64,000 nt of DNA from positions 124,001-188,000 of IMG/VR virus record IMGVR_UViG_3300024999_000030. One strand, given 5' to 3'. This document shows positions 31,247 to 43,903 of the stretch, one piece after another; position 1 is the stretch's first letter; the number at the start of each line of letters is the position of its first letter. The position numbers and the translations under genes are program-made. The notes under the pieces were generated by a model. The model was not told the DNA's origin. It made no database searches and worked only from the letters and a program-made list of their open reading frames with translations.

Positions 31247-31864
31247 TTATTTACCTAGAATATTTACTCGTTGTTTCTTTTTCAATACAGGCACAATGAT
31301 TTCTAACATACCATTGTCTTTAAACTCAGCTGTACTGCTCTCCACATCGAATGGTCCATTTAAACCAATTTCAACTCTGTTTTTACCTTTGGGAATTTCA
31401 TTTAAAACGATGAATTTAATGTCATTTTGCGCGTCTTCTTGGGTAACTGGCTCAGGTTTGATTTCAATTGTAATTTTAGCTCCCTCCATAAAAACACTTA
31501 CATCTTCTTTGGGTACACCTGGCACAGCCGCCAGGATATGGAGTTTTTCTAAAATTCTATCTTCATTGGCCTCTCTGATGATTCGTAATTTTGGATATGT
31601 GCCATGTACCCAAATGTTTCCATCGTTGTTATTAATTTCCCTGTAATTGGAGTTAAGTCCTGTTTTGTTAGTCGGTAAATCTAGGTTTGAATTGGTTGGA
31701 TTTGGAATCATTTTATTCCCACGAAAAGGTTCCCAGTAAACTGGGGCGAAGTCTGTGCCAAACTGCCTGTCGATTGCGGTCAGCATGTCTAAGATATCGT
31801 TGTTAAAAACAGCATTAAATAATGGGGGGCGTTCAAGAAAACGGGTGTTATTTTTGGTGCTCAT
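31247..31864 (-). CDS. Hsp20/alpha-crystallin small heat-shock protein
   Basis: AVPGVPKEDVSV...ITIE...AEFKDNGMLEIIVP; RBS ggagg. Confidence 0.82.
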   Translation of the reverse strand: MSTKNNTRFLERPPLFNAVFNNDILDMLTAIDRQFGTDFAPVYWEPFRGNKMIPNPTNSNLDLPTNKTGLNSNYREINNNDGNIWVHGTYPKLRIIREANEDRILEKLHILAAVPGVPKEDVSVFMEGAKITIEIKPEPVTQEDAQNDIKFIVLNEIPKGKNRVEIGLNGPFDVESSTAEFKDNGMLEIIVPVLKKKQRVNILGK

Positions 31865-32007
31865 TTTAATACCTCCTACCTTCAGTAAGGTTTTGCGTCC
31901 CCGCTAAGGTAACGCCGTTATCTGCCTTTGGCTAGATAACGTTTGCACGTGCAAGATATTAAAATTTTATTAATAGGCGTTATAAATCTATATAGTTAAG
32001 CCTTAAG

Positions 32008-32036
32008 TTGATTTTACATGAGTTAGGAATTATATT
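32008..32036 (+). promoter_or_regulatory. Promoter TTGATT-N17-TATATT
   Basis: Exact spacing. Confidence 0.65.
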
Positions 32037-32051
32037 GTTACTGAGGATGTA

Positions 32052-32624
32052 ATGATAGATCCAACTAATATTACAAAATACGATAGAACCGACGAGGAGT
32101 TAGAAGAGTTTATCGTTTTCTCTATTTTAGTGGCTGGGCACAATGCAAAGAACACTGCTATGGGCTTAGAACGCTTTCTAGGGGCCTTTAGGGACGCGAA
32201 ACCATTCCGAGTGATAGACGGACACGTAAAAGCAGGAACTCTTGTCCTGGCGCTCAAGAACGCGGGAATAGGCTGTCAAACAATAAGGGCTAAATCTCTT
32301 CAATCTCTTCTAGAAAGCCATTTAGACTTAAGAACCTGCACGGTAGATCAATTAGAACAAATTTCTGGTGTGGGCCCCAAGACATCTCGATTCTTCATTT
32401 TACACTCCAGGCTCAATGCGAGAGTAGCAGCTTTAGATGTTCATATCCTTAGATATCTTAAATCTTTGGGATATAATGTGCCCACCGTGACTCCAACTGG
32501 AAAGAATTATCGTAAGATTGAAGAAATATTTTTACAAGAAGCAGATAAAAGTGGAATGACCGTTGCGGATTTCGATTTATTTATTTGGAATATGAGTACG
32601 GCCAAGAAAATAAAAAATGTGTAA
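32052..32624 (+). CDS. HhH-GPD DNA glycosylase/lyase, Ogg-like
   Basis: LEQISGVGPKTSRFF (HhH with Lys) and ALDVHILRYL. Confidence 0.75.
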   Translation: MIDPTNITKYDRTDEELEEFIVFSILVAGHNAKNTAMGLERFLGAFRDAKPFRVIDGHVKAGTLVLALKNAGIGCQTIRAKSLQSLLESHLDLRTCTVDQLEQISGVGPKTSRFFILHSRLNARVAALDVHILRYLKSLGYNVPTVTPTGKNYRKIEEIFLQEADKSGMTVADFDLFIWNMSTAKKIKNV

Positions 32625-33431
32625 AATATTAAATGAAATAATAGAACATCCTGAAATATTAGACAATAACAATTATAGATCAAGGGAATTCTGTGTACAT
32701 TCCTGTGATGGTTGTTGTTTAGTTATAAATTGGGAATTAGGTATAGTCGACTTAACTGAGGCTCAATTTTTATTAAGATGTATTGAAAAAAGAGCTGAGT
32801 TAGAAATTAGTCCTTCGGTTTCTCAATAGTAAAATTAATTTCAAAAAACTCAACGGGCACCGTTAATTGTATGTTAACGGTGACCGTTCTTTCTTTGTTA
32901 TATATATAATTTGCCCACGTTCGTGAGGTGGTCATTCTGAATTATTGCCCTCCCACGTAACGATTTCCCATGGCTCAATTTTATGTTGAAGTTTAATCTT
33001 TTTTAAGATCATTCGAACATCTTCTAGTGAGCGCCAGGTATCGTTTTCGAAATATGACACCCTTTCCCATTTTTCTTCTATTTTCCAGAAAAGAAATTTA
33101 TGAGCCGGAACAAATTTTTGAATTTGATATATGTAATCACCATTGTCATCGTTGTACTGTCGTTGTCTTTGAATTCTATAAATGAAATCTTCCATTGTTT
33201 TATTCCTCTATAATAATATTGTCGATGTTATTAAGTGGAAAGATAAATTGAGATTTATCTTTATATACAATAAAACATCCGTTCAAGTAAGCATATGGTA
33301 CGGCGCTTTTAACTACGGTAATAACCGTATCTTCGTGATCTGAAAACATATATTGATGAGCCGCTCCGATATTCGTGTGAACAACAATTCTCTTTACCAT
33401 TTTATTTCTCCTTTTTATTTCATCCTTAATC

Positions 33432-33460
33432 AATATAATTATAAATCATGAAATAGTCAA
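33432..33460 (-). promoter_or_regulatory. Promoter TTGACT-N17-TATATT
   Basis: Exact spacing. Confidence 0.65.
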
Positions 33461-36400
33461 TGTATTTATTTAGATTCATTAAACGCTTCCATCACACCTT
33501 TCCACCAAGTATTTGGGCTGTTCCATTCCCACCACATATTTTGTCTCATCCAAAAACTCCAAATCTGGCGCACACTGAATGATGTCTTATTGGGCATGTG
33601 AGAGGGTTTCATTGTTTAAAACCCATCAAATAATGTTTGTAGGGAGATGGGATCTGAAGTTTCAAATGAAGCACATTCTTCTGCGGAATAGCGTGGGCTC
33701 ATCCATCCAATAACTTTAAAAAATTTAGTAGTGATTCCGTCTGTAATAAGAACTTTAATTGTCGCTCCCCTATTTCCAACCGGACGATCACCGATCCCTA
33801 AGTCATAATAACTACCTGCTTTCTCGGCTGCGGATTCAAAACTATCCGCTTCAAAGTCAATATAAAATGAAGAATTATCTGAATTAACAATTATAGCTTT
33901 AATTTTCAAATTTCCTCCTATCTACTTGGTGTTGGTGATTTTGCTTCCCGTCTCATTTTATAGAGATGCCAATTAATATAGATGGAGGCATCTCTATCTC
34001 TATGGTGAGACAAATCCAATTGATCACTAAGCCACTCAACAACAGAGGTCTTATTTTTACTCATTTTTCTTCTGTTTTTATGTCTTTTAATTTTTTAAAT
34101 AAGTCATGTGTTTTAGCCGCAGCTATTTTAAACGAGCAACCTAATTCTTGATTCTTTAATATGGAATTTACAAGAGCTTCTCTAAATTTCTTGTCACGCT
34201 CATATGCAATCCATTTCCACCAAGTTTTATTTATCGTTCGTTTAATAATCGTTGCCATCTTGTGCCTTCTTCAAGACTTCCATCACTTCATTTGCGTACC
34301 TCTTAGCAGCGTCTAAGTCCTCTTGAGTCCATATTTTTTGCTTTTTACGACAAGCAATGTCACGTTTTCTATCTAACTCTTCGGTGCTTTGTTTATCAAT
34401 TAATTTAGAGTGTAATTCTGTATTTTCGCTCATATTTTCTCCGTAAGTGAACATTTCCATATAGTATTTAAATCATATGGCTCTTCATCGGTTTGAAATT
34501 TAGCACCACACTCACAAACGATAGTGCAATTTATCTCTTTTGATAATTCGTAATAAATATTAGTTGCCGCTTGTTTAATATTACAAATTGGACAATCTAT
34601 ATGATTATGCACTACTTCTTTACAATCACAACAACAAAGCTCACGTGTAATTGTTAATCTTCCGCTCCAAGAGTATTTCCATGTGTCTTGGGTGCTAGTC
34701 ATCGCTCTTTTTACATGACCTGGTAATTAAATCATATTTCATATTTATTATATCTGAAATACTAATTGTAATATGAGATGTTATGGTAAATACAGGCATC
34801 TTTACATATTTATTGGAAAACTTATACCATGTATTTTTAATAGTGGGGGGCTTTATTTCTTTAGCAGTAGGCATTTTCATTGTTACCAGAGCCCCTTAAG
34901 TCGCATTGCCGCTTCCATAGATTTTTTCAAATCTATATAATACAACCACCTTTTCCATGTTTGTGCAATTCTCATAAACTTATCCTTCGTAATAATATAA
35001 GATTTATCACTATAATAGTCAAGGTGAGATGAAATAATGCCGAATGGAACGTTCATATTCAAACTGTTTTCGTAATTGCCACGTAGCGCTAATTGTAAGT
35101 ACAATATATTCTGTTTTTAATTTTCCATCAGTGGTTATTTCACAAACAGTATATGGCCAACCAACTCTACTAATCCATTCTGTAAATTCTTTATCGATCA
35201 TAACGTTGAAATTCTTCTCCTGTAAAAGTTTTGACTATTACATATATAAACCAGGTGTCTTTAATATTACGACTTAATATTTTTTTCATTATATTATTGT
35301 TTTAATTTAATTTTATAAATACATATTACTTATTTTAATACAATATTGTCCAGTTTTCTTTCTAATGTGATCTGCTTTATATTTCCACCAAACACTAGCT
35401 ATGCTTGGATTTTTATCTTTAAATATTTTTGCTATAATTTTCATTATTTGTCTCATTAGGGTTTTTTCCCAACGCCGCGTCTTTTCGTTGCCATGGCACG
35501 GGCTCGACCATGATTTCGCCATACAATACTATCAGTGGGAATATCATGAAATATACAATATTTATACCAATTACAATCGATGTTATGGCGTGTTCTTTTT
35601 TTATCTTGAAACGATTGATATAAGCTTCCACAAATGCGTAAAAAGAGGCAACTGCTATAGCTAAACATAAGAGGTCCATTTATTTATTCCTCTTTAGTTT
35701 CCAAAGATGATGAATTGGTGTAGTTGGATCCATGCGAATATCATTATACTGTTTCCAATATCTCCAATTAAATTTAGTATTTATATATAAAGTAACACCC
35801 TTAATAGTACTTGCGGGCATTTGAATTTTAATCCAAGAAGAGAAGGACATCATGACACTATCTCCTTAGTCAACTTTCGATAATAAAGCCAAAGGCACCA
35901 CGTCCTTTTGGCGTATCTGAATGAATATATATGAGAAGGTGATCCTTTGGCCATCCGCCAAGATGTCTATCTCCCCCAGCTACTTCAAGCGCAGAAATCC
36001 ATTGGGAAAAAGATATCATTCTTCTCTCTTTTTTTAAAATCTTTTTCTATTTGCCATAAAATCCAATTATCATAAATATTAATAATTAGATCTGTGTCTA
36101 AATTTACTGATTCTATTTGTCGACGAATCCAGTCAGAATATTTTTGTCTTAATTTTACATCAACCACGATGGCCCACTCTCCCTTAGGATTTTTTACTTA
36201 TCCACCGCCAAAGCCAAGTGTTAAAGATACAAATATTTAAATTTTGGTGTGGCCAATTTAACTTTTGATTAATTAATTTAACATATTTAAGATCTAATTC
36301 TTTTTCGTTCATTTGTCGTCTTTATGGCTTCGTTTATGGCTTCGTGGCTTGTATAATAATTTCGAAGTCTCCAGGTTGACTCTGGTGTGTCGTCATGCGC

Positions 36401-37770
36401 ATAATCAAAACGTCCACCAGAATCAACCGACATTATCCATTTTTTCCATTCCTTAAATGTCATCTTTTTACTTCCACCCATTTATCACTTGGACTGGGGT
36501 GTTCGGTTAACTCTCTCTTAATCCACGACTCAGCCGCCCACAATCCCCCAAAATATATAGTCTTGTCTTCGGCTCCAGTTACATCTACCCAATCGTAGCT
36601 GGCGTATGGCGATGGAGTGAGATTTAATCGTGGGGTCCATTTCCATTCTTGAATCTTATATCTTTCTCCATTTGTAACAATCCTGAATCTAGTACCAATT
36701 GGCCTAACATATGGATGTTCTGGAATTTCTGGAATATTTATTTCTGATGGAATTGATTGATTAGCTTGAAATCTTCCTTGAGTAATATTGGAATTAGAGT
36801 GCCCCTTAATGGTATATGTGGTCTTACCCAAGTCAGTTTTTCCAAAACAATAAATAATCGTTATAACTAAACCTATAAAAAACATAATCATTGCAATATT
36901 AGTAGCTTGAGCTTTATTCATATTATTTATCTTTCTTTTGTGTGGAACAAATAACGGTTGCCCCATATATGGTGGCTATGTGTCCAGATTGAATCATTTC
37001 TCTTTTTATTGCAGCAATTTTATTACGAGTTTCCCACTGTTTCCATGTGTTGAAAATATTAGGTTTCGTCTTTTTATATTTAAGGGAGTGCCAATCTTTC
37101 CAGTCTTTCATGCTACCACTCTATATATTTTAAATTCTTGATTAATGTCCATCACACTACATATAATTGTTCCAATATTATATTTTCCATTTGCGTTACT
37201 CAGCGCCCGCTTTCGGGTGGCCACATGATAAATCATCCAAGCATAAAGAATTGAATTATAACGAATGTTAATAAACTTATTCATATTACCACCCTATAAA
37301 TTATGCATTTATTATTATTGCGAATTGTTAACATTGAACCTGGAAATAAATCATATTTATTTGAACAGCTAAGCCAAGTGTGTATAACAGAACCGAATGA
37401 TATAAATTTTGTCATTTTATTCGGTTTCTCTTAATTTTTCAAGTCTTTTGGCGTGTTCAATCATCCAAGGTTCAATATCAATCTTACGAGTGAAGGCTGC
37501 GGCATATAAAGCTCCGAGACTGTCTTTAGGTGCTCCCTCTTTAACACATATTTCAATTATTTTAATTAGCAAGTCAGTTTGCCTTGCGGTTAAACTTTCA
37601 GATAATTCGCTTACAACTTCTACGTCAGTCATTTTATTTCCTTATATCATTAGATTAAATTATTTCTCTTTTTATTGTGGCTATTTTAATGGAAATTTTC
37701 CATTAAAATAAAACCTAATAAACCAATAATGTTTCCAGGTACTCTTAATTGTTGGGGCCCACGTTTTACA

Positions 37771-37833
37771 ATTAGTATCTAAAATTTTAATATCCGAATT
37801 ATAATTGATATCTAAAATTTTAATATCCGAATT
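37771..37833. repeat. 33-bp-period tandem duplication (tatctaaaattttaatatccgaatt x2) encoding NSDIKILD x2
   Basis: Seen directly in the sequence and in ORF 37681-37863. Confidence 0.85.
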
Positions 37834-37859
37834 AAACGCCGTACCTAAATCAATAATCG

Positions 37860-38369
37860 TCAAAATTCTTTTCCATCACAATAACGATGAATGTTAATCA
37901 ATTCTATATCAACTGAGCGGACAAGAACATCGGCTTCTTCAAGCATAATTACAGATCGTTCATGCGAGGCTTTCCAATTTTCCCATTTACCGAGTTCTTT
38001 CATGTGTTTTTCCCAGCCTGAATCAATAATAATCTCTTTGATACCAACCTGAATAATAGCCCTGGCACAATCAGCGCAGGGAAAAGCACTAATATAGATT
38101 CGGCATCCTTTTAAAGATACACCCTCACGAGCCGCAGAATAAATGGCATTGCGTTCGGCGTGTTCCATCCAAAAGTATTTTTCTCCATTTTCACGAGATT
38201 GTCTTTCAGAAACATCATCTTTAATACCACGAGGAAATGAATTATATCCGGTGGCCTTTACTATATTATCTCTATTTACAACTATTGCACCGATATGGGT
38301 GTTTTGATCTTTACTTCTCGTGGAAAGTAAGTGTACAAAATTTAGAAAGTAATTATCCCAGTCATTCAT
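37860..38369 (-). CDS. dCMP deaminase
   Basis: WDNYF, RSKD, GYN, HAERNA, PCADC. Confidence 0.92.
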   Translation of the reverse strand: MNDWDNYFLNFVHLLSTRSKDQNTHIGAIVVNRDNIVKATGYNSFPRGIKDDVSERQSRENGEKYFWMEHAERNAIYSAAREGVSLKGCRIYISAFPCADCARAIIQVGIKEIIIDSGWEKHMKELGKWENWKASHERSVIMLEEADVLVRSVDIELINIHRYCDGKEF

Positions 38370-38388
38370 TTAATAACCTCTCAGTTTA

Positions 38389-38417
38389 AATATAATCCCT
38401 GGCTATCAGAATGTCAA
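38389..38417 (-). promoter_or_regulatory. Promoter TTGACA-N17-TATATT
   Basis: Exact spacing; upstream of the dCMP deaminase. Confidence 0.7.
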
Positions 38418-39558
38418 TACTGGGTGGCATAAATAACACAAAAGCTCCCAAAGGGAGCCCGCCCGGCCCAATACCCTTTTTCTTGCTACTCCTTTGAGTG
38501 TCGAACCCAACTACCCTTCAATAACTCATTGTACATATATTCAGTTTTTTGGCCCTCGAAATATAATTTAAACCTAATCCATTTAAGCCAATTATTTCGA
38601 ATTGACGCCTGTTGTTTATTATATTTAGTATATTTGGCCCAAGCCGAAAATTCTGACATATTATTCCTCGTCCCTTAATCTTAAGCTTAATCGCCATCTT
38701 ATAATCATTATTTTAAAAACATATCCCTTCCACATTTGAATTATTGAATTAGATTTTATTTCATTAATATCTATCATGAATTAAAATTCATTCCTTATAA
38801 ACCTATCAAAGTATTGCCATAATCTCCAATTTTGAGAAATGGTAATTTTACCCAAGATCTCCTTCGCAGCCTGGGGCTGCCAGCTATTAGCCCATTTACC
38901 AAAAGACTTGATCATCTATTTGTTTCCTATCTTATAAATCTATTGAAATATCTCCACATTCTCCAATTTTGAATAATAGTGATATTATTTTTTGGTGTTT
39001 TGCTTTTAGTCAACCAATGACCAGCGGACCAAATACTGAAAGACGTCATCTTGTCCATTCGTCTCCATACATGTTATAGTTTTTCCATAAATACCAAATC
39101 TTCCATGTTGGCATATTACCGTTACATAAAAAAGCAACCCAATCGTTGTAAGAAAAGGTAAGAAGCCATTTATCATTATATAATAAAAGTGGTTGAGGAA
39201 ACATGTACCCTCCATGAATATTCTCAATCCATATTTTAAAACTTGGCTCTTTCATCTATTCCTTCCTAAGTAAGCCCGCTCGCCTATATTATACCATTCC
39301 CACTCTTCCCAAGTCCGAGATATGTTTAATATTTCAGTAATACCAGCAATTTGCAACCATTCCTGAAAGGTTCTATTAATCAAATTAAATTCCTTTATGT
39401 TAATGGTCTCTAGTATAATTAAGGCCGCTGTACCATTTCCACTCTTCCCAAGTCCGAAATGTATTTAACGCTTCAATAGTGTTAATAACCTGTAACCATT
39501 CCTGAAAGGTTATCTTTTCTTGAAAGGTTGTTTTAGTCAAATTAACTTCCTTAAAAAC

Positions 39559-39587
39559 AATATAACTTATAAATAATAATTTGTCAA
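39559..39587 (-). promoter_or_regulatory. Promoter TTGACA-N17-TATATT
   Basis: Exact spacing. Confidence 0.7.
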
Positions 39588-42466
39588 TTCCCTAAAGTAG
39601 AGCGCCAAAGATAAAAAATCCAAACATAACGAATACTCATTTTCGTATTAAACTTATATCAAAAAAACTAATACCATGAATAATTCTATAGCGATCATAA
39701 TAAAACTTCGTCCAAGTTTTATGAATGCTCATTCTTTTTTGATCTCCGTGATGCAATCACCATTGCAATTGGCCAAAATGAAAAATTAAGACAATATACT
39801 AAAAATAACGCAGGAAGAGAACTATTGTTAGGGTATTCTTCTCGCTGTCTTTTTACTGCATAACCACCCCAAAACACACCCGTTACTATATAACTCCATG
39901 TTAAATAATGTAGTAATGTCCAAATCATTTTAAATTCTCCTTTTAAATTATTATTTTTCCACTTGTATTGTTTCTTCGCCTTGTATTGTTTCTTCGCCAA
40001 GGCGGATTATATGTCGTATTTATATAAATATGTTGACTTGCCCTCCATCTTAAATTTGATATATAATTTTGCCAAGTTTGAAAAATGTAACGTTTAGGCT
40101 TATCAGTACGATAAGTCCTATAAAATATAATTATTATAGCTAAAATAATAAAACCTTCCGTTATTGCCCAAAATGCAAGTGGGTTCATTTAAACTCCAAA
40201 AGATAGGCATTTTGATTTCTTCTTTTAAAGAATGAGTAATATAACATTGATTCCATTAATTTTCTCCTTTAACCTGGTATTTCTTCTTTTAGCATAAAAA
40301 GGGTTTAGGGAATAATATTTATCAATATACCAGATGCGTCTTGTTGGTTCTGTGCAACATATACTTTATAATCTTCGTAATGTATAAGATCAGCTTGAAT
40401 AAGCCAATTCAATGTAAATAATATTTCTTCTCGTAGGCGCTGATGAAGCTCATGATCATTTTTGAAACATCTATACTTCTTTGATAAAAAATTAATAAGA
40501 TCTTGTTCCACGTCTCCATCTTCGTCTGGAGAACTGAAATAAAATAAGGAAGGATCTTGAAGCATCCATGCCCCTTTAGTGCTAAATATTTCTGGTTTCA
40601 TTTTGTCATCCTCATTACCCTTTTCCCACCTACCCAATGTATTATTTGACCATAGCGTATAAACCATGACCAATGAGACCAAATAGTGGCAATAGTGAAG
40701 GGCTGTAGATAGGGGCAGCTCAATCTCATCCATTCTGAAAAAGTAACTTTTTGTAACTCTGAACGTTTCATCTATTATATTTTTCCGTTTCTCTTTTTGT
40801 GTGTATAAATTCTAAATAAGCTTGCCAATTTTTATAAACGGTTGGAGTAAGATATAAGTCTTTATTCTTTAGAAACATTATAAGATCTGCAAAAATAAAA
40901 TCATTTGCCATGAGTCCAAGTCTCCGTCTCCAGGAAATCACTTCCCATACAATACCATATCCAGGTCCAATAAATGCTAGATCCCCTACGCATGACTCTT
41001 CACATAGTGCTTCGCGTTATATGATACCCAAACCCACTTAATCGTTCCCCGTTTAATTAAGATGAGGGCCCTTTTAAAGGAAGTCTCAATAATCTGATTA
41101 GTCTGATTTAAATTCATACTTCCATGGTTGAACATAATCTGAAAGTTTATCAGGGGACATATACCACATACTTTGTTGATATACTTTCCAATAAAACCAA
41201 GTTTGAGACGGATTATCCCCAAGAACAATTCCTGGTTGATATCTACATTGTTTAGCCAACCACTCATTAAAGGTTAATTTTTCAAAAAAACCCATATTTA
41301 GCTCCGTGAAAATTTATATGTCTGATATACCTTCCAAATCATCCAAGTTCCTCCTGGAGTGTCGAACTTCCCCCAGGTTCCTCTCCATCGCCATCTCTTA
41401 ACCCATTCATTAAAGGTTAACTTAGTAGAAGGATTCAAGTTCCACCTCTCTATTAACATGAGTATTAAAATATACCCAGAGCGCCCAAGTTTGATCTGGG
41501 GTGTCCGTTATCACATAGTTCTTTGTTTCAGAAATACAAGCCTCCAGCCATTCACCAAACGTCATTTAAGATTACTCTTGAAAATATAATGAAAATATAT
41601 CCAGAGTGACCAAGTTTGATGTGGGGTGTCTATGTAATTCGTTCTTGAGACATAATTTTCTAACCATTGATTAAATGTCATATTCTATTTCCGCCCCACA
41701 TTAAATCCCTCATATAGGGTCCAAAGCTTCCAGGTTCCACATATGGTTTTTCTAGCTAAATCAAAATTTATATTATTCCATTCACCATACCATTTATTTT
41801 CGCCAACTACTGTAATCCATTGATTAAATGTCATAAGCTCACTTTTTAACGAGTTTATTAAGAATGATATAATTATACCAGGTCCAAGAAACAGGGATGC
41901 TGGATTTAATTACAACATACTTATCATATAAAGACTCACAATAAAGAAATAAGAAAAATAAGAGTAAAATTATCATCAGTCTTAAAGTACCTTTACTGCT
42001 TCTATAAGTTTCTGTTTAATTTGTAGAAATTCCTCTTCATTGCTTTGATATTTAGAATTCATATAGCAAAGTAAATCAGAGGGGGAACCTAAATTATACT
42101 CGATGTTCCATTCCCAATCTTTACTGTCTGCCTTTAAGGTCAATTGAATTGCCGTATGCTGATGTTCCTCAATTTTACCATAAATTACTGAATCATCATC
42201 TAACATTAGATTATGCTTATAATAATAAGGAAGCTCAATATCTATTTCCTTTTGAATTGTGGTTTTCTCAGGTACTATAAATCTAGCCATTTTTATCTCT
42301 CCTTTATCTTTCTGATCTATATTCTTCTGGCTCATCACTATCGTTTTTCTCTATAGATATATAATAGCCAGCCCGACAAAATATCTTATGAATGCAATTT
42401 TCACATGCCTGTTTATTATTGATAAGTTTAGTACAAATAGCATAAGTAATGTCTTTCATAGGTAAT

Positions 42467-42495
42467 AATATAAGATATAATCAATCAAAAATCAA
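42467..42495 (-). promoter_or_regulatory. Promoter TTGATT-N17-TATATT
   Basis: Exact spacing; upstream of ORF 41982-42338. Confidence 0.6.
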
Positions 42496-43903
42496 GGCAT
42501 AATCTAAAATCTTGTCCTATGCCCGACTGACACAAGATATAATTGATATATGTTCCAATTCCATGTGATATTGATTTTCTCGGGTCTAATAACTAATTCG
42601 AGCCAATCATGAAAAGATATATCATAAAAGGATATTGTAGAGTTATTCATTCTTTTGCCTCTTTAATAGAAGTTGACAAGATACCATTTAAATATATGCC
42701 AAGTTCTAAAAATACTGACTCCATTTTTATGTGTAGTATTCTTCATATTAATCAACTATATCATACCACATATGCATCCCAAGTCCATTTAATATTAAGA
42801 CTATCCCGTTTATTATGTTTCATAATTATATCACACCATTCTTTTATATGTTCTCATGTTTTCTAATTGATATTTTATACCATTGAAACATATTCCAATT
42901 CCATTCAATATTTCTATTAGAGGGTGCTGTTAAAATTACTTTAAGCCATTCATTGAAAGAAGGGATTTTCATATCAAGTTTTCTCCAATTATATAAGACT
43001 TATAGGTTCTATATAACGACCAAGTCCATTTTATAGGAATAATACCCCTATAAGAATCAACTCCGTTTACATTAAGCCATGTCTTATATGTCATCTTCTG
43101 AAATATAGACACCAGTACCTCCACAAACGGCACAATCCTCATTTAAGTAATCTTTACCAGTACCAGTGCAATTATCGCATTCTTTGGTAGTCCAGGTTCG
43201 CGTATCTGCACTAGTTTTCCAGTAATAATAAAAGCCCCATGTATCAGCTATTGCAGTGGCTATGATAAGAGTACCAATCCTTTATGTCTATATTGTCGCC
43301 ATACATTTATAATATAGTAATTTTGTTTATCCATATAATATGATGAATAAGGTATGCCAATCATAAGTAATAATACACACAATAAAAGGAAATATTCTAA
43401 ACCATTCATCCAGCCCATTGCCGCTCCATTAAATCCATTAAAAATGAATCCATGTATATAGGCTCCACATTCTACGAATAGAGATAACTTGATATTTAGG
43501 AAGCCTATCAGTACCAAAATTCAATTGATACCACTTAGTTCTCTTATACTGTTCTAAATTTATCTTAGCCTTCATATTACCTCTCATAGATAAAGCCATA
43601 CATAAAAAGCCCATACCTTACGAATGGATGTTTTTTCTGTAGGTTTATTATCACATAGCCATAGATTCAATAATTGTTTAAAGGTAACCATGATATATCT
43701 CCTTATCCAAAAATTCTAAGCCATATGTATATACGCCATCTTCTATGAATAGACATAAATTTATTTCCTAAAATAGGACACTCCATCTGTATGAAATCTT
43801 TGCCACATATACCATCCATATGTATCCCATGTCCAAGAGATAGAAATAGCTTTATTGCAAAGGGCGAATACACATACTAAGGAATTCTTTAAAAGTTAGC
43901 ATT

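Larger units (their letters stand above)
32932..37863 (-). other. Run of about 20 short hypothetical ORFs, several in the Trp-rich family
   Basis: ORF track plus manual translation; coupled start/stops; promoter at 33432-33460. Confidence 0.55.
38486..43902 (-). other. Tandem array of Trp-rich microprotein ORFs (35-70 aa), motif (T/S)F.(E/Q)W ... TW..W/Y
   Basis: Manual translation, e.g. 38781-38915, 38927-39049, 39252-39383, 39400-39540, 40598-40771, 41098-41295, 41422-41565, 41562-41681, 41685-41834, 42504-42650, 42844-42972, 42969-43094, 43584-43691. Confidence 0.7.

Noticed and set aside
39292-39512. Diversity-generating retroelement TR/VR pair
   Set aside because: Differences include C/T changes in both directions, so they are not adenine-restricted; no reverse transcriptase in the window
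39955-40000. 18-bp tandem repeat ttgtattgtttcttcgcc x2
   Set aside because: Simple coding duplication (AKKQYK x2), no wider pattern
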